Assembly: GCA_018302225.1 (NCBI GenBank)
Contig: JAGVZY010000007.1
Span: 13,700-77,699, forward strand
Direction: 5' to 3'
Source: Candidatus Woesearchaeota archaeon
GTDB taxonomy: Archaea; Nanobdellota; Nanobdellia; SCGC-AAA011-G17; JAGVZY01
Length of the DNA stretch: 64,000 nt
Shown piece by piece: positions 27,886 to 37,154 of the stretch. A model generated the notes under the pieces. It was not told the origin of the DNA. It was given only the letters and a program-made list of their open reading frames with translations, and did no database searches. The position numbers were made by a program, and so were the translations under genes. Numbering within the stretch: position 1 is the stretch's first letter; each line of letters starts with the position of its first letter.

Positions 27886-28212
27886 TTAAATGAGCACAAG
27901 AATAAAAGAGGTGTTTTTTTCGACTTTTAATGAGTGAACTGCATTTTTATCCATACTAATAAACACCCCAGGTAACATGGATATGTCTTTCCCCCCAAGA
28001 TTAAAAACTCCTTTCCCTTCAGTTATATAAATAAGACCTTGCTTTATTGAAGTATGCTCTAATATCTCAGCACCCCCAGCCATACAAAACAAAGTAACAT
28101 TTAGTTTGCTATTTTTTATAATTTCTTTACTCAAAATCCCTTGCTTAGGGTATTCAATCATTTTTAAGATATTTTCTGAACTCATTTTTATTTCCTCCAA
28201 ATTATTTCTCAA
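27886..28212 (-). CDS. cupin-domain protein
   Basis: Small beta-barrel protein with G(X)5HXH-like and PG...H motifs, weak. Confidence 0.45.
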   Translation of the reverse strand: MRNNLEEIKMSSENILKMIEYPKQGILSKEIIKNSKLNVTLFCMAGGAEILEHTSIKQGLIYITEGKGVFNLGGKDISMLPGVFISMDKNAVHSLKVEKNTSFILVLI

Positions 28213-28228
28213 ATAATATTATTAAATT

Positions 28229-28744
28229 TTATTTTTTATTAGCGAAATTCTCAAAATTTTTAATTTCATCTTTTCTATCAGAGTTTATTTTTTCAAATTT
28301 CTTAAGCATATCTTCTTTAGTTTTATTATCTAAAATCTCGTCAACCATAGGATATAAAATAGTGTCTTCCTTAAAAATATGTTCTCTTATCAAAGAGGTA
28401 TAATTCTGAGCATTTTCAATAACCTTTTTATTATCTTCTTTATTTATTCCCTCTTCAATACCTTTAACAAATCCTCTTCCAAGCTCATGTTCATATAACA
28501 TCTGCTCAACTGGATTACAATGCAATTTTTCTTCATTTTTGCAAAACTCTTTAAATAAAATATCTTCTTCTTTTGCATGATGAAATTTATCAGCATAATT
28601 TCTTATAAAATTAACAATTTCCAAAATCATTTTTTTATCGATTTTTTTATTTTGCTTTAAAAGCGTACATTCATTATCTAATATATCTGCAACTTTTAAA
28701 ATATTTTTATGCTCATCAGTTAAAATCTGTATAATTTTACTCAT
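28229..28744 (-). CDS. hemerythrin-like (HHE cation-binding) domain protein
   Basis: H...E / FHHAKEEDILF / HELGRG spacing typical of hemerythrin-like domains. Confidence 0.55.
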   Translation of the reverse strand: MSKIIQILTDEHKNILKVADILDNECTLLKQNKKIDKKMILEIVNFIRNYADKFHHAKEEDILFKEFCKNEEKLHCNPVEQMLYEHELGRGFVKGIEEGINKEDNKKVIENAQNYTSLIREHIFKEDTILYPMVDEILDNKTKEDMLKKFEKINSDRKDEIKNFENFANKK

Positions 28745-28830
28745 TATTAATCACTCCTTGATTTATATATTTTATATTAAGTATAAAAAAGATACTTATT
28801 TAAATAAGTTTAAGTTTCTAAAAAGATACC

Positions 28831-29190
28831 ATGGAATGCACACTTTATAAAACAATGAATTTCATTGCCAAACGTTGGAATTTGCTAATAATTCTTGAGC
28901 TTTATAAGGGTGATAAAGAATGGAAAAGATATTCAGAAATTAAAAGACAATTAAACAATATCACTCCAAAAATTCTGTCACTACGTCTTAAAGAACTTCA
29001 AATTGAAGGTTTAATACAAAGAAGAGAAGATACCACACATCATCCCATAAAATCAGAATACAAACTGACTTCTTCTGGAAACAATTTTATTCAAGTAATT
29101 CAGCAGATAAAAGAATGGACATTAAAAAATAAATTATCAAATCAAACATGCAAAGAAACAGATTGTAAATACTGCACAATATCAAAATAA
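28831..29190 (+). CDS. HxlR-family winged-helix transcription regulator
   Basis: CTLYKTMNFIAKRWNLLIILELYKGDKEWKRYSEIKRQL...LRLKELQIEGLIQRRE matches the HxlR core. Confidence 0.7.
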   Translation: MECTLYKTMNFIAKRWNLLIILELYKGDKEWKRYSEIKRQLNNITPKILSLRLKELQIEGLIQRREDTTHHPIKSEYKLTSSGNNFIQVIQQIKEWTLKNKLSNQTCKETDCKYCTISK

Positions 29191-29232
29191 ATCATTAAAT
29201 TAATATTACAAATAATACCTTAAAAACAAACC

Positions 29233-29282
29233 TTACCTCAAATTTTAACACTTCCAAACCTGTTTTAACTCGGTTTTGACAA
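29233..29282. repeat. 50-bp direct repeat, copy 1 (island left boundary); contains tandem GTTTT[AG]AC half-sites
   Basis: ttacctcaaattttaacacttcCaaacctgttttaacTcggttttgacaa is 48/50 identical to 34021-34070. Confidence 0.8.
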
Positions 29283-29327
29283 AAACTTAGCCTACCGACG
29301 GTGGCTAGTGTTGATAAGGGTTCGCAT

Positions 29328-29464
29328 ATTTACGAAGCATTGCGTCAAACCTTAAACCCTATAAACGCTGAATTCTAATTTTTGTCTATCAAGCCTAACG
29401 CAATCCACAGTTTTACGAAAGCATTGCGCCAGTTTATTTATATATAAATTAACTGATATTTAAG
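29328..29464. repeat. 137-bp conserved module repeat, copy 1; weaker similarity continues to about 29521
   Basis: Gap-free alignment with 30710-30846 at roughly 93% identity. Contains two TTACGAA(A)GCATTGCG boxes and a TTTATATATAAA TATA-like box. Confidence 0.8.
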
Positions 29465-29545
29465 CTCTTCCCTACTAAAGCGAAAGTGATGCGCTTTCAA
29501 TTTTAGAAAAGTTTATATATTTGAAGTTATATCTGTTGATATAAC

Positions 29546-29833
29546 ATGACAGAATTATTATTAAATCAAGAAAATGTATTAAGATACCCAAGATTAGACA
29601 CTTTGCTCAATGTAGAAGAATTCATAAGAGTGCATGATGGAGAATTTAAAAAAAGAAAATTATGGGAATCTTTGCCAAAAAAGATGATGTATCAAACATT
29701 TTGTGTAATAATTAACTACCTTCTTTACTCAAGAAAAATTTCAATAGACACAGAAGGAAAAATTGGATGGATATACTATCCTGAAGTTGCAAGAGAATAT
29801 TATTCAAAAACACGTTTAGGTAGAAAGAAATGA
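29546..29833 (+). CDS. hypothetical protein, candidate antitoxin partner
   Basis: 95-aa ORF overlapping the next ORF by 4 nt (ATGA). Confidence 0.25.
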   Translation: MTELLLNQENVLRYPRLDTLLNVEEFIRVHDGEFKKRKLWESLPKKMMYQTFCVIINYLLYSRKISIDTEGKIGWIYYPEVAREYYSKTRLGRKK

Positions 29834-30162
29834 AATTACCTTCAGAAATAAGATTTGTAGATGATAATCTAAAAGAAGCATTTTATAGGTTAGAAAAAGG
29901 AGATGAACAAGAAAAAGAATTATTTAAATTGTTAAATCAAGCTATGGACAATATAGAAGAAAGTGCATTTTGTGGAATTCAAATTCCAAAAAGATTAATT
30001 CCTCAAGAATACTCTAAAAAGGAAATTAAAAATCTGTGGAAATATGATTTGCCTAGAGGCTGGAGATTGGTTTATTCTATTGTAAATGAGGAATTAGTGG
30101 TTGTAAGTATAGTCCTTGAATGGTTTGATCATAAAGATTATGAAAGAAGATTTAAGTATTAA
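29830..30162 (+). CDS. candidate RelE/ParE-superfamily-like toxin
   Basis: C-terminal LPRGWRLVYSIVNEELVVVSIVLEWFDHKDYERRF resembles the RelE/YoeB-type toxin C-terminus; small size and translational coupling. Confidence 0.3.
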   Translation: MKLPSEIRFVDDNLKEAFYRLEKGDEQEKELFKLLNQAMDNIEESAFCGIQIPKRLIPQEYSKKEIKNLWKYDLPRGWRLVYSIVNEELVVVSIVLEWFDHKDYERRFKY

Positions 30163-30216
30163 AAAATATATTCTAAAAAACCGATATATATATACATCTT
30201 TAGTTTATTTAATCCG

Positions 30217-30576
30217 ATGTCAATATTTAAAAAAAGTCCTGAGCAAATTCGCAAACAGGTATTAGAACTTGAGAATCAAGCCACTAAGAGTTTTAATGCA
30301 GAGTTTAACGCTTTGAAACAAGAGTCTATAGATTTTGCAAATGTTATGGAGAGTTACGCTATGTTTAAGAGTATATGGATGGAATTTAACATACACCCAA
30401 ATGAAGATAAGTTTAATCTTGCTATGATTCATTTCGAAAGTTTAAAAAAAGACTTTGAAAAGATTAAAACAAAACGACATAATATAGAACAATTATTTGA
30501 CTGGCTTAAAGCTCAACTAAACTCCCAAGAATTATTGATTATGAAGATTAAAGCTGCGAGTATGACTATTAAATAA
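30217..30576 (+). CDS. hypothetical helical protein
   Basis: 119-aa ORF. Confidence 0.3.
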   Translation: MSIFKKSPEQIRKQVLELENQATKSFNAEFNALKQESIDFANVMESYAMFKSIWMEFNIHPNEDKFNLAMIHFESLKKDFEKIKTKRHNIEQLFDWLKAQLNSQELLIMKIKAASMTIK

Positions 30577-30635
30577 GTAAAAGTATAAAAAATTATTTGT
30601 AAACCCCTTTAATAAACAAAATTGTCAATTTTAAA

Positions 30636-30676
30636 CCTCAAAACAGGTTTTGATACGGTTTTGACAAGAATTCAGC
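30636..30676. repeat. degenerate internal copy of the 50-bp boundary repeat (deletion variant)
   Basis: cctcaaaacaggttttgatacggttttgacaagaattcagc versus 34024-34076 cctcaaa...cctgttttaacccggttttgacaagaattcaac. Confidence 0.6.
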
Positions 30677-30709
30677 TATTTTCGACGCCGCACTTTCACT
30701 TTGCCTGCT

Positions 30710-30846
30710 ATTTACGAAGCATTGCATTAAACCTTAAACCCTATAAACGCTGAATTCTAATTTTTATCTATCAAGCCCGACGCAATTCACTTTTTTACGA
30801 AAGCATTGCGCCAGTTTATTTATATATAAATCAACTGATATTTAAG
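30710..30846. repeat. 137-bp conserved module repeat, copy 2; weaker similarity to about 30909
   Basis: See copy 1. Confidence 0.8.
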
Positions 30847-31162
30847 TTCTTCCCCCTTTTATGAAACTAGTGCGCTCGGGGGTTTATAAAAGATAGAAAG
30901 ATTTATATAGTAGTTATGACTACATAATTGTAGTAGGATTGATATTATGGTTTATTTTATAGAAATACAACCAACAGAACATTATATTGAAGAACATGAA
31001 CAGGCTGTTCCATGGGATAAAGTTATTGAAATAATTTTTAGAACAAAAAAATCCAAAAAAGAAAGGAAATAAATTCGAAATTGAGAAGGATGGATATTAT
31101 ATCCTTTTTGAAATAAAAAATAGTATTTTGTATGTAATAAATGCTAAAAAAGGTGATTAAAA

Positions 31163-31531
31163 ATGAAACAACAAAAATTTGAGAAATTTTTGGGTAATCC
31201 AAAATCTAAAAGATCTTTGACATGCCCAAATTGTAGCTCAGAACTAAAAAAAGTGGAAGTTAAAGTACAAGGTGCTAAAAACAAAGCTATTAGTTATCAA
31301 TGTCCTGATTGTGATTACTTTGAGTTTGAACCAATATCTTCTGAAAAAGTTATACAAGAATTAAAAGACACCCCCTTAAAAATCAAACAGAAAATAATAA
31401 AATTATCTCAAGATAGATTAGGGATGTATATTAATCGAGATGTTGCTCGAAGCTTAAATCTTAAAGGCGGAGAAGAAGTATATATCTCTGTACCCGATAA
31501 AAAACATTTGGTTGTTAATCTAGCCGATTAA
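31163..31531 (+). CDS. Zn-ribbon (CPNC...CPDC) plus AbrB/MazE-like swapped-hairpin C-terminal domain protein, putative regulator
   Basis: Four Cys in a CxxC-N19-CxxC arrangement; C-terminus LGMYINRDVARSLNLKGGEEVYISV resembles SpoVT/AbrB-type domains. Confidence 0.3.
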   Translation: MKQQKFEKFLGNPKSKRSLTCPNCSSELKKVEVKVQGAKNKAISYQCPDCDYFEFEPISSEKVIQELKDTPLKIKQKIIKLSQDRLGMYINRDVARSLNLKGGEEVYISVPDKKHLVVNLAD

Positions 31532-31779
31532 TAAACTTAAGGCATAAAACCTATAAAAATTACATTAGTTTTTTAAACATTCTAAGGTTTTTAAGCTTAA
31601 AATTAAATATTATGTATCTAAAGACTTGGTCTAACCAAAAACCCTAAAAGGAGGTTATTCCCTAGCTTTTTGTTTTTTGTTAGTTTTTACTTTATTGATT
31701 TTGGATTAATTTTACTGATTCTTTGAAATATCCTTGGAGAAGCTTGGATGATTTAATATTTTAAAAAAGAGGTGCTATC

Positions 31780-32502
31780 ATGAAAAGATTATTTTTTGTT
31801 TTGATTTTGGGGGCATTAATTTTAGTAACAGGTTGTACGGAAAAAAATCCGATTTCATCTACACCCGCAGTAAATACACAACCCCTATTGCCTTATGAAG
31901 AAGGCTCTGACACGTGGATAATTCATATTTATAAGTATCAAATGGGCTTTAAAATGGTGGCCGGCTATACTTTTACTTCGCCCCTTACACAAGTTGATAT
32001 GGGCGAAAAGATTTATATCAGCCAGCCCTATTTTGAAGCTTCTGAAACAGTCTCTGTAAAAGTTACATTGACTAACTGTATGAACATTTCTAACACGGGA
32101 ATAATCTCACTTATCGTTGGAGGGTGTAACGAAGAAGTTCCTTTCATTCTCAGACCTATTTCTTATGAAAATGAATTCTCTTTTGAATTACCTGCAGATA
32201 AAATTGGGATAGGAAAACACTCCTTCAGTTTTTCAATTTTAGAAAATCCTAACTGGCAAGCAGATGCTTTCACTGGAAGAGTAAGCATAGGAAAAAAATA
32301 TTCTATTACTGATGGAAGTGTCATCTCGTTTCAAGAAAAAAAACTAACAATAAAAGAAATTTTAGAAACTGGGGAGATTATCATTTCTTATCTAAATGAA
32401 GAAAAGGTTATTAATAAAGACTCAATCAAAGCAGTAAAAGATTTGATAATAAAAGTAGGGGCAGATTCTACCCTTGTAGTTTGGGAAAGTATTCTTCCCT
32501 AA
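31780..32502 (+). CDS. predicted secreted lipoprotein (lipobox LVTG|C)
   Basis: Signal peptide MKRLFFVLILGALILVTGC with a bacterial-type lipobox; GC-richer than the flanks. Confidence 0.5.
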   Translation: MKRLFFVLILGALILVTGCTEKNPISSTPAVNTQPLLPYEEGSDTWIIHIYKYQMGFKMVAGYTFTSPLTQVDMGEKIYISQPYFEASETVSVKVTLTNCMNISNTGIISLIVGGCNEEVPFILRPISYENEFSFELPADKIGIGKHSFSFSILENPNWQADAFTGRVSIGKKYSITDGSVISFQEKKLTIKEILETGEIIISYLNEEKVINKDSIKAVKDLIIKVGADSTLVVWESILP

Positions 32503-32553
32503 TCCATGGCAATGAGAATTTTAATCGAAAAGAGTTATTTATTCAAAATCAAA

Positions 32554-32598
32554 CTGCCTTGTATAAGTTAAATTATGCAAGGCAGTTTTTTCTTTTTT
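32554..32598 (+). terminator. hairpin CTGCCTTG-N16-CAAGGCAG followed by T-rich run
   Basis: Read directly; downstream of the lipoprotein gene. Confidence 0.5.
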
Positions 32599-32625
32599 CA
32601 AATCAACTAAATCCAAAGGAGGATT
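32588..32625 (+). promoter_or_regulatory. duplicated leader with GGAGG Shine-Dalgarno (copy 1), identical to 33392-33429
   Basis: ttttcttttttcaaatcaactaaatccaaaggaggatt is shared by the two loci, each 6-8 nt upstream of an ATG. Confidence 0.6.
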
Positions 32626-32631
32626 TATTTT

Positions 32632-33348
32632 ATGAAAAAGATACTTTTTGTTTTATCAATTTTTGTTTTACTCTTTGCGGTTCAGAACGCAGAAGCAGAA
32701 AATCTCCTTCAAAAGATAACAGAAAAGATGATGAATCTCTATTCTGCAGAAACAGACGTTTACATTAAAAATCGCTTAATCGAAGAGGTTTGTAGCATTC
32801 AACAAAAAGAAATAGATTGGGAGTTATTCAATAAAGCTGCTGAATTCTTTACTGATTATAAGTCTGCCTATCCGTTTGGTACAATTCCTATACATACCTG
32901 GGAAATATGCAGATTTATGAATAAAAGTGAACAATTAGCACTTATTGCTAATTTTGAGTCATTTGTTCTCTTTCGTATAAACGCGGCCTTACCTAAAGAG
33001 GTTTTATTCAGAGAAGAAAATAGATTAGATACTTCTCCCCTCTTTATTGACATATTTATTGATACATTATATGAATTTGATATTGTATTAATCAATAATA
33101 TTTCTTTATCTGATAGCTGGATTGAATGGACCGATGATAGTAGCACGGAAATTATCAACAGAGACGATTTGCGAGAAGTCGCAAACGTAGCGAGTAATAA
33201 ACTAATTGCTTATGAGCCTAAGTATTCCGATTGGATTCTTCGAGATAAAGAAAATTTTCCTCGAGGGATTAGATGGCCTATGGAAAAAGAAAACTTACCT
33301 TATTTCTTCAGACAATATGAACGCATAAAGCAGTATGCAGGGAAATAA
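32632..33348 (+). CDS. secreted protein (cleavable signal peptide), unknown function
   Basis: MKKILFVLSIFVLLFAVQNAEA signal; 238 aa. Confidence 0.45.
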   Translation: MKKILFVLSIFVLLFAVQNAEAENLLQKITEKMMNLYSAETDVYIKNRLIEEVCSIQQKEIDWELFNKAAEFFTDYKSAYPFGTIPIHTWEICRFMNKSEQLALIANFESFVLFRINAALPKEVLFREENRLDTSPLFIDIFIDTLYEFDIVLINNISLSDSWIEWTDDSSTEIINRDDLREVANVASNKLIAYEPKYSDWILRDKENFPRGIRWPMEKENLPYFFRQYERIKQYAGK

Positions 33349-33391
33349 ATATTTTAAGGTCGACTCTTTTCTTAATTGATTAAAGCTGACT

Positions 33392-33429
33392 TTTTCTTTT
33401 TTCAAATCAACTAAATCCAAAGGAGGATT
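33392..33429 (+). promoter_or_regulatory. duplicated leader with GGAGG Shine-Dalgarno (copy 2)
   Basis: See 32588-32625. Confidence 0.6.
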
Positions 33430-33433
33430 ATTT

Positions 33434-33874
33434 ATGTTAGAAAGAGGAAGTTTGCTTTTAGGTCTTTCTTTGTGGGCAGTCGAGCTGATAAAAGCCAATA
33501 AAACAGCTAGCCTTCTGGATTTTATTGAGAACTCAAGGGAAACACCAATTATTTCTCCTGAAGATCTCGGTGAAATCTATATTACTTTAGCCCAGCAGGG
33601 GAGAATGGAAGAAATAGAATTTCTTCACACAAAAACCCCTTATAAGCTTTTTGGAACCCACCCCGGGATTGTTGAGCGAGTCTTAATCATCCTTACTGAA
33701 AAGCTGGATTTAAAAAAGCCGTTCTTGGAAGCGTTTAGGGACAGGCTTAATATTTCTAATAATATCAGTAAAGAAATCTGGCAGATTCTTGAGATTATAA
33801 TCCTCGCAAAAAACGGGAATTATAAGGTGGTTAGAAAGAAACTTCTACCTTTACAAGTACGGGACAAAATCTGA
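33434..33874 (+). CDS. hypothetical protein with hydrophobic N-terminus
   Basis: 146-aa ORF, GC-richer. Confidence 0.35.
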   Translation: MLERGSLLLGLSLWAVELIKANKTASLLDFIENSRETPIISPEDLGEIYITLAQQGRMEEIEFLHTKTPYKLFGTHPGIVERVLIILTEKLDLKKPFLEAFRDRLNISNNISKEIWQILEIIILAKNGNYKVVRKKLLPLQVRDKI

Positions 33875-33886
33875 AAAAACTAATTG

Positions 33887-33916
33887 AAGGCCAATTAATT
33901 TTGGCCTTTCTTTTTG
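33887..33916 (+). terminator. hairpin AAGGCCAA-ttaatt-TTGGCCTT followed by T-rich run; near-identical in style to the 14033 terminator
   Basis: Read directly. Confidence 0.5.
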
Positions 33917-34020
33917 TATCTAATGTTAACAATAGTTAATATATTAACCTGATTGTATAAAAAATAAAATAAAGAAACGCATCAGTTTCGTTTTATCTTT
34001 CAACCAAAGATTAATAAGGA

Positions 34021-34070
34021 TTACCTCAAATTTTAACACTTCTAAACCTGTTTTAACCCGGTTTTGACAA
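34021..34070. repeat. 50-bp direct repeat, copy 3 (island right boundary), about 110 bp upstream of L7Ae
   Basis: See 29233-29282. Confidence 0.8.
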
Positions 34071-34179
34071 GAATTCAACAAAAATTTATGTACTACTTTC
34101 ATTTTACAGTCTTATATGGAAAAGTATTTAAACATACCACTTATTTTCTTTTCAAAACCAATGAAACGAGGTAAATAAA

Positions 34180-34527
34180 ATGATTCTAGAAAAAGAAACA
34201 CCTAAACAAACTGCTGAAAAGGCTTTAGAAGCAATAGAGTTAGCAAGAACAACAGGAAAATTAAAAAAAGGCGGCAATGAAGTTACAAAAGCTGTAGAAA
34301 GAGGCACTGCAAAATTAGTTGTAATAGCTTCAGATACAAACCCTATAGAAATTGTAATGCATTTGCCAGCATTATGTGCTGAAAAAAAGATTCCAATAGT
34401 TGAAGTATCTAAAAAAGAAGAATTAGGAACTGCGGCTGGACTTCCTGTATCAACAACTGCTGTAGCAATTACAGAAGAAGGAAATTCTAAAGAATTAATA
34501 AGTGAAATTTCAGAAGACTTAAAGTAA
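34180..34527 (+). CDS. ribosomal protein L7Ae (eL8; kink-turn binding)
   Basis: [27 protein letters not shown]...[27 protein letters not shown] matches L7Ae. Confidence 0.85.
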   Translation: MILEKETPKQTAEKALEAIELARTTGKLKKGGNEVTKAVERGTAKLVVIASDTNPIEIVMHLPALCAEKKIPIVEVSKKEELGTAAGLPVSTTAVAITEEGNSKELISEISEDLK

Positions 34528-34528
34528 A

Positions 34529-34816
34529 ATGGGTAGCAAAATAATAAGAAAGAGAAAGGACGAAGAAAATACCGAACAACAACAAGCAGGTAATGTAAAT
34601 TTTAAAGATGCAGTTGCCGCGCAAGTTGAAGAAGTTGTTGGAAGAACAGGTATGCGTGGAGAAGTTACCCAAGTCAGATGTAAAATTCTTTCTGGTGAAG
34701 ATCAAGGAAAAGTAATAAGAAGAAATACTAAAGGTCCTGTAAGGCTTGGAGATATATTAATGCTTCGTGAAACTGAAATTGAAGCTAGAAAATTAATCCA
34801 GTCAAGGAGAAAATAA
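34529..34816 (+). CDS. ribosomal protein eS28
   Basis: [19 protein letters not shown]...[22 protein letters not shown] matches S28e. Confidence 0.85.
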   Translation: MGSKIIRKRKDEENTEQQQAGNVNFKDAVAAQVEEVVGRTGMRGEVTQVRCKILSGEDQGKVIRRNTKGPVRLGDILMLRETEIEARKLIQSRRK

Positions 34817-34980
34817 TGAGATGTTCCTTTTGCGATTCAGAATTTGAATATAATGGTAAAGTCTTTGTAAAAAAAGATGGAAAACCTTTATTTTTTTGTT
34901 CAGGTAAATGTCAAAAAAATATGCTTAAATTAAATAGAAAAAGTCGTGACTTAAAATGGGTTACGAGCAAAAAGAAATAA
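34816..34980 (+). CDS. ribosomal protein eL24 (54 aa; below the ORF-track size cutoff)
   Basis: Manual translation [54 protein letters not shown]: C4 zinc-finger L24e. Confidence 0.8.
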   Translation: MRCSFCDSEFEYNGKVFVKKDGKPLFFCSGKCQKNMLKLNRKSRDLKWVTSKKK

Positions 34981-34992
34981 AAACATTCCAAA

Positions 34993-35493
34993 ATGATTGA
35001 ACAAACCTTAGTTATCATCAAACCAGATGGACTTCTTAGGTCTTTAACAGGAAATATAATAACTGCGCTTACAGAAACAAGATTAAAAATTGTTGGTGCA
35101 AAAATAGTTAAGGTTTCTGACGAACTTGCAAAAGAACATTATAAAGAACAAATAGGAAAACCTTTCTTTAATGAACTTGTGCAATATATTAGAGGGCAAT
35201 TGCACAATCAACCAAGAGTACTTGCAATGGTCTATCAAGGGGAAGGTGCAATTAAAAAAGTAAGAGATATTTTAGGTTCAACAAATCCAGAAAATGCAGA
35301 TACAGATACTATTAGAGCAAGATATGGCAGAGTAAGAACCTCTGGCCTATGGGAAAATGTAGTTCATGCATCTGATTCTCCACAAACAGCAGAACGTGAA
35401 ATTAAATTATGGTTCAAACCAAATGAATTAGCAGAAACCATATATCCTTCAAAAGAAGTTTCCCAAATAACTAAAGTCTATCTTTGGGATTAA
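34993..35493 (+). CDS. ndk: nucleoside diphosphate kinase
   Basis: TLVIIKPDG..., NVVHASDS active-site His region. Confidence 0.9.
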   Translation: MIEQTLVIIKPDGLLRSLTGNIITALTETRLKIVGAKIVKVSDELAKEHYKEQIGKPFFNELVQYIRGQLHNQPRVLAMVYQGEGAIKKVRDILGSTNPENADTDTIRARYGRVRTSGLWENVVHASDSPQTAEREIKLWFKPNELAETIYPSKEVSQITKVYLWD

Positions 35494-35546
35494 ATCCTTA
35501 ATAAAGTTTTATAAGCCTTACACCTCTATATTTAAAAGGAGTTAAA

Positions 35547-37151
35547 ATGACTGATAAACAACCGGTATATATTTTATCTGAAAACACACAAAGAAGTTCA
35601 GGAAGACCAGCTCAAAGAAACAATATTCTAGCTGCAAAAATAGTTGCAGAAACTGTTAGAACTACATTAGGTCCTAAAGGCATGGATAAAATGTTGGTTA
35701 GTGCTATGGGTGATGTAGTTATTACAAATGATGGTGTTACAATTCTAGAAGAAATGCAAATTGAACATCCTGCTGCAAAAATGATAGTTGAAGTTGCAAA
35801 AACTCAAGAAAATGAAATTGGTGATGGAACAACTACTGCAGTAGTAATAGCAGGAGAATTATTAAAAAATGCTGAGAAATTAATTGATGATAATATTCAC
35901 CCAACTGTAATAATTAAAGGTTTTAGAATCGCTTCAGAAAAAGCGATTATTATTCTTAATAATATAGCTGAAGATATTTCTAAAGATAATCTAGATCTAC
36001 TTAAAAAAATTGCAATAACTGCAATGACTGGAAAAGGTGCAGAAGCTTCAAAAGAAGTTCTTTCTGAAATCGTAATTAAATCTGTAAAAGCAATTGCAGA
36101 GGGAGATGATGCAGACATTGAAAATATAAAAATAGAAAAGAAAATTGGTGGTGGAGTTGAAGAATCAACTTTAATTTCTGGAATTGTTTTAGACAAAGAA
36201 AGAGTTCATTCAAATATGCCAAAGAAAATTAAAAATGCAAAAATCGCTTTGTTAGATTGTGCAGTAGAAATTAAAAACACAGAAACAGACGCAAAAATAC
36301 AAATTAATGATCCTATGCAAATGCAAGCTTTCTTAGATCAAGAAGAAAGAATGATTAAAAATATGGTTGATGCTATAGTAAAAACAGGTGCAAATGTAGT
36401 TTTCACTCAAAAAGGAATTGATGATTATGCCCAACATTTACTTGCAAAAGCAGGAATTTACGCTTCAAGAAGAATTAAGCAATCAGATATAAATAAAATA
36501 GCAAGAGCAACAGGTGCTAGAATAGTTTCTAACATAAAAGAAATAAGAAAAGAAGATTTAGGAGAATCAGGTTTAGTTGAAGAACAAAAAACAGGTGATG
36601 AAGAAATGACCTATATTAAAGAATGTAAAAATCCTAAAGCTGTAACTATACTTATTAGGGGTGGAACAGAGCATGTTATTGATGAAGTTGAAAGAGCAAT
36701 TAAAGATGCACTTGGAGATGTAATCGCAGCAGTTAAATACAAAAAAGTAGTTGCTGGTGCAGGAGCTCCAGAAGTAGAAGTTGCAAGAAACTTAAGAGAA
36801 TTCTCAAACACTTTAAGTGGTAGAGAACAATTGGCAGTTTTAGCCTTTGCAGATGCAATGGAAATTATTCCAAAAACACTTTCAGAAAATGCAGGTTTAG
36901 ATCCCATAGATATTTTAGCAAACTTAAAACAAAAACACGACGAAGGAAAAAAATGGGCAGGAATTGATGTTTATACAGGTAAAATCTGGGATGCTTGGAA
37001 TGCTGGCGTAATTGAACCTCTAAAAATTAAAACTCAAGCAATAAAATCTGCATCAGAAGTTGCAACTTTAATCTTAAGAATTGATGATGTTATTGCCGCT
37101 TCATCATCAAAAAATATGCCTTCTCCAGGCGATATGCCTGAAATGATGTAA
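35547..37151 (+). CDS. thermosome subunit (group II chaperonin)
   Basis: [18 protein letters not shown]-binding motifs, 534 aa. Confidence 0.95.
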   Translation: MTDKQPVYILSENTQRSSGRPAQRNNILAAKIVAETVRTTLGPKGMDKMLVSAMGDVVITNDGVTILEEMQIEHPAAKMIVEVAKTQENEIGDGTTTAVVIAGELLKNAEKLIDDNIHPTVIIKGFRIASEKAIIILNNIAEDISKDNLDLLKKIAITAMTGKGAEASKEVLSEIVIKSVKAIAEGDDADIENIKIEKKIGGGVEESTLISGIVLDKERVHSNMPKKIKNAKIALLDCAVEIKNTETDAKIQINDPMQMQAFLDQEERMIKNMVDAIVKTGANVVFTQKGIDDYAQHLLAKAGIYASRRIKQSDINKIARATGARIVSNIKEIRKEDLGESGLVEEQKTGDEEMTYIKECKNPKAVTILIRGGTEHVIDEVERAIKDALGDVIAAVKYKKVVAGAGAPEVEVARNLREFSNTLSGREQLAVLAFADAMEIIPKTLSENAGLDPIDILANLKQKHDEGKKWAGIDVYTGKIWDAWNAGVIEPLKIKTQAIKSASEVATLILRIDDVIAASSSKNMPSPGDMPEMM

Positions 37152-37154
37152 GAA

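Noticed and set aside
32481-32768. 95-aa ORF spanning the lipoprotein stop, terminator hairpin and next gene start
   Set aside because: It crosses a terminator structure and the duplicated SD leader and overlaps the signal-peptide gene in another frame.
29233-34070. Island repeats derived from a tRNA gene (classic att site)
   Set aside because: The 50-bp repeat does not fold as a tRNA 3' half (no T-arm GTTCRAnnC motif).
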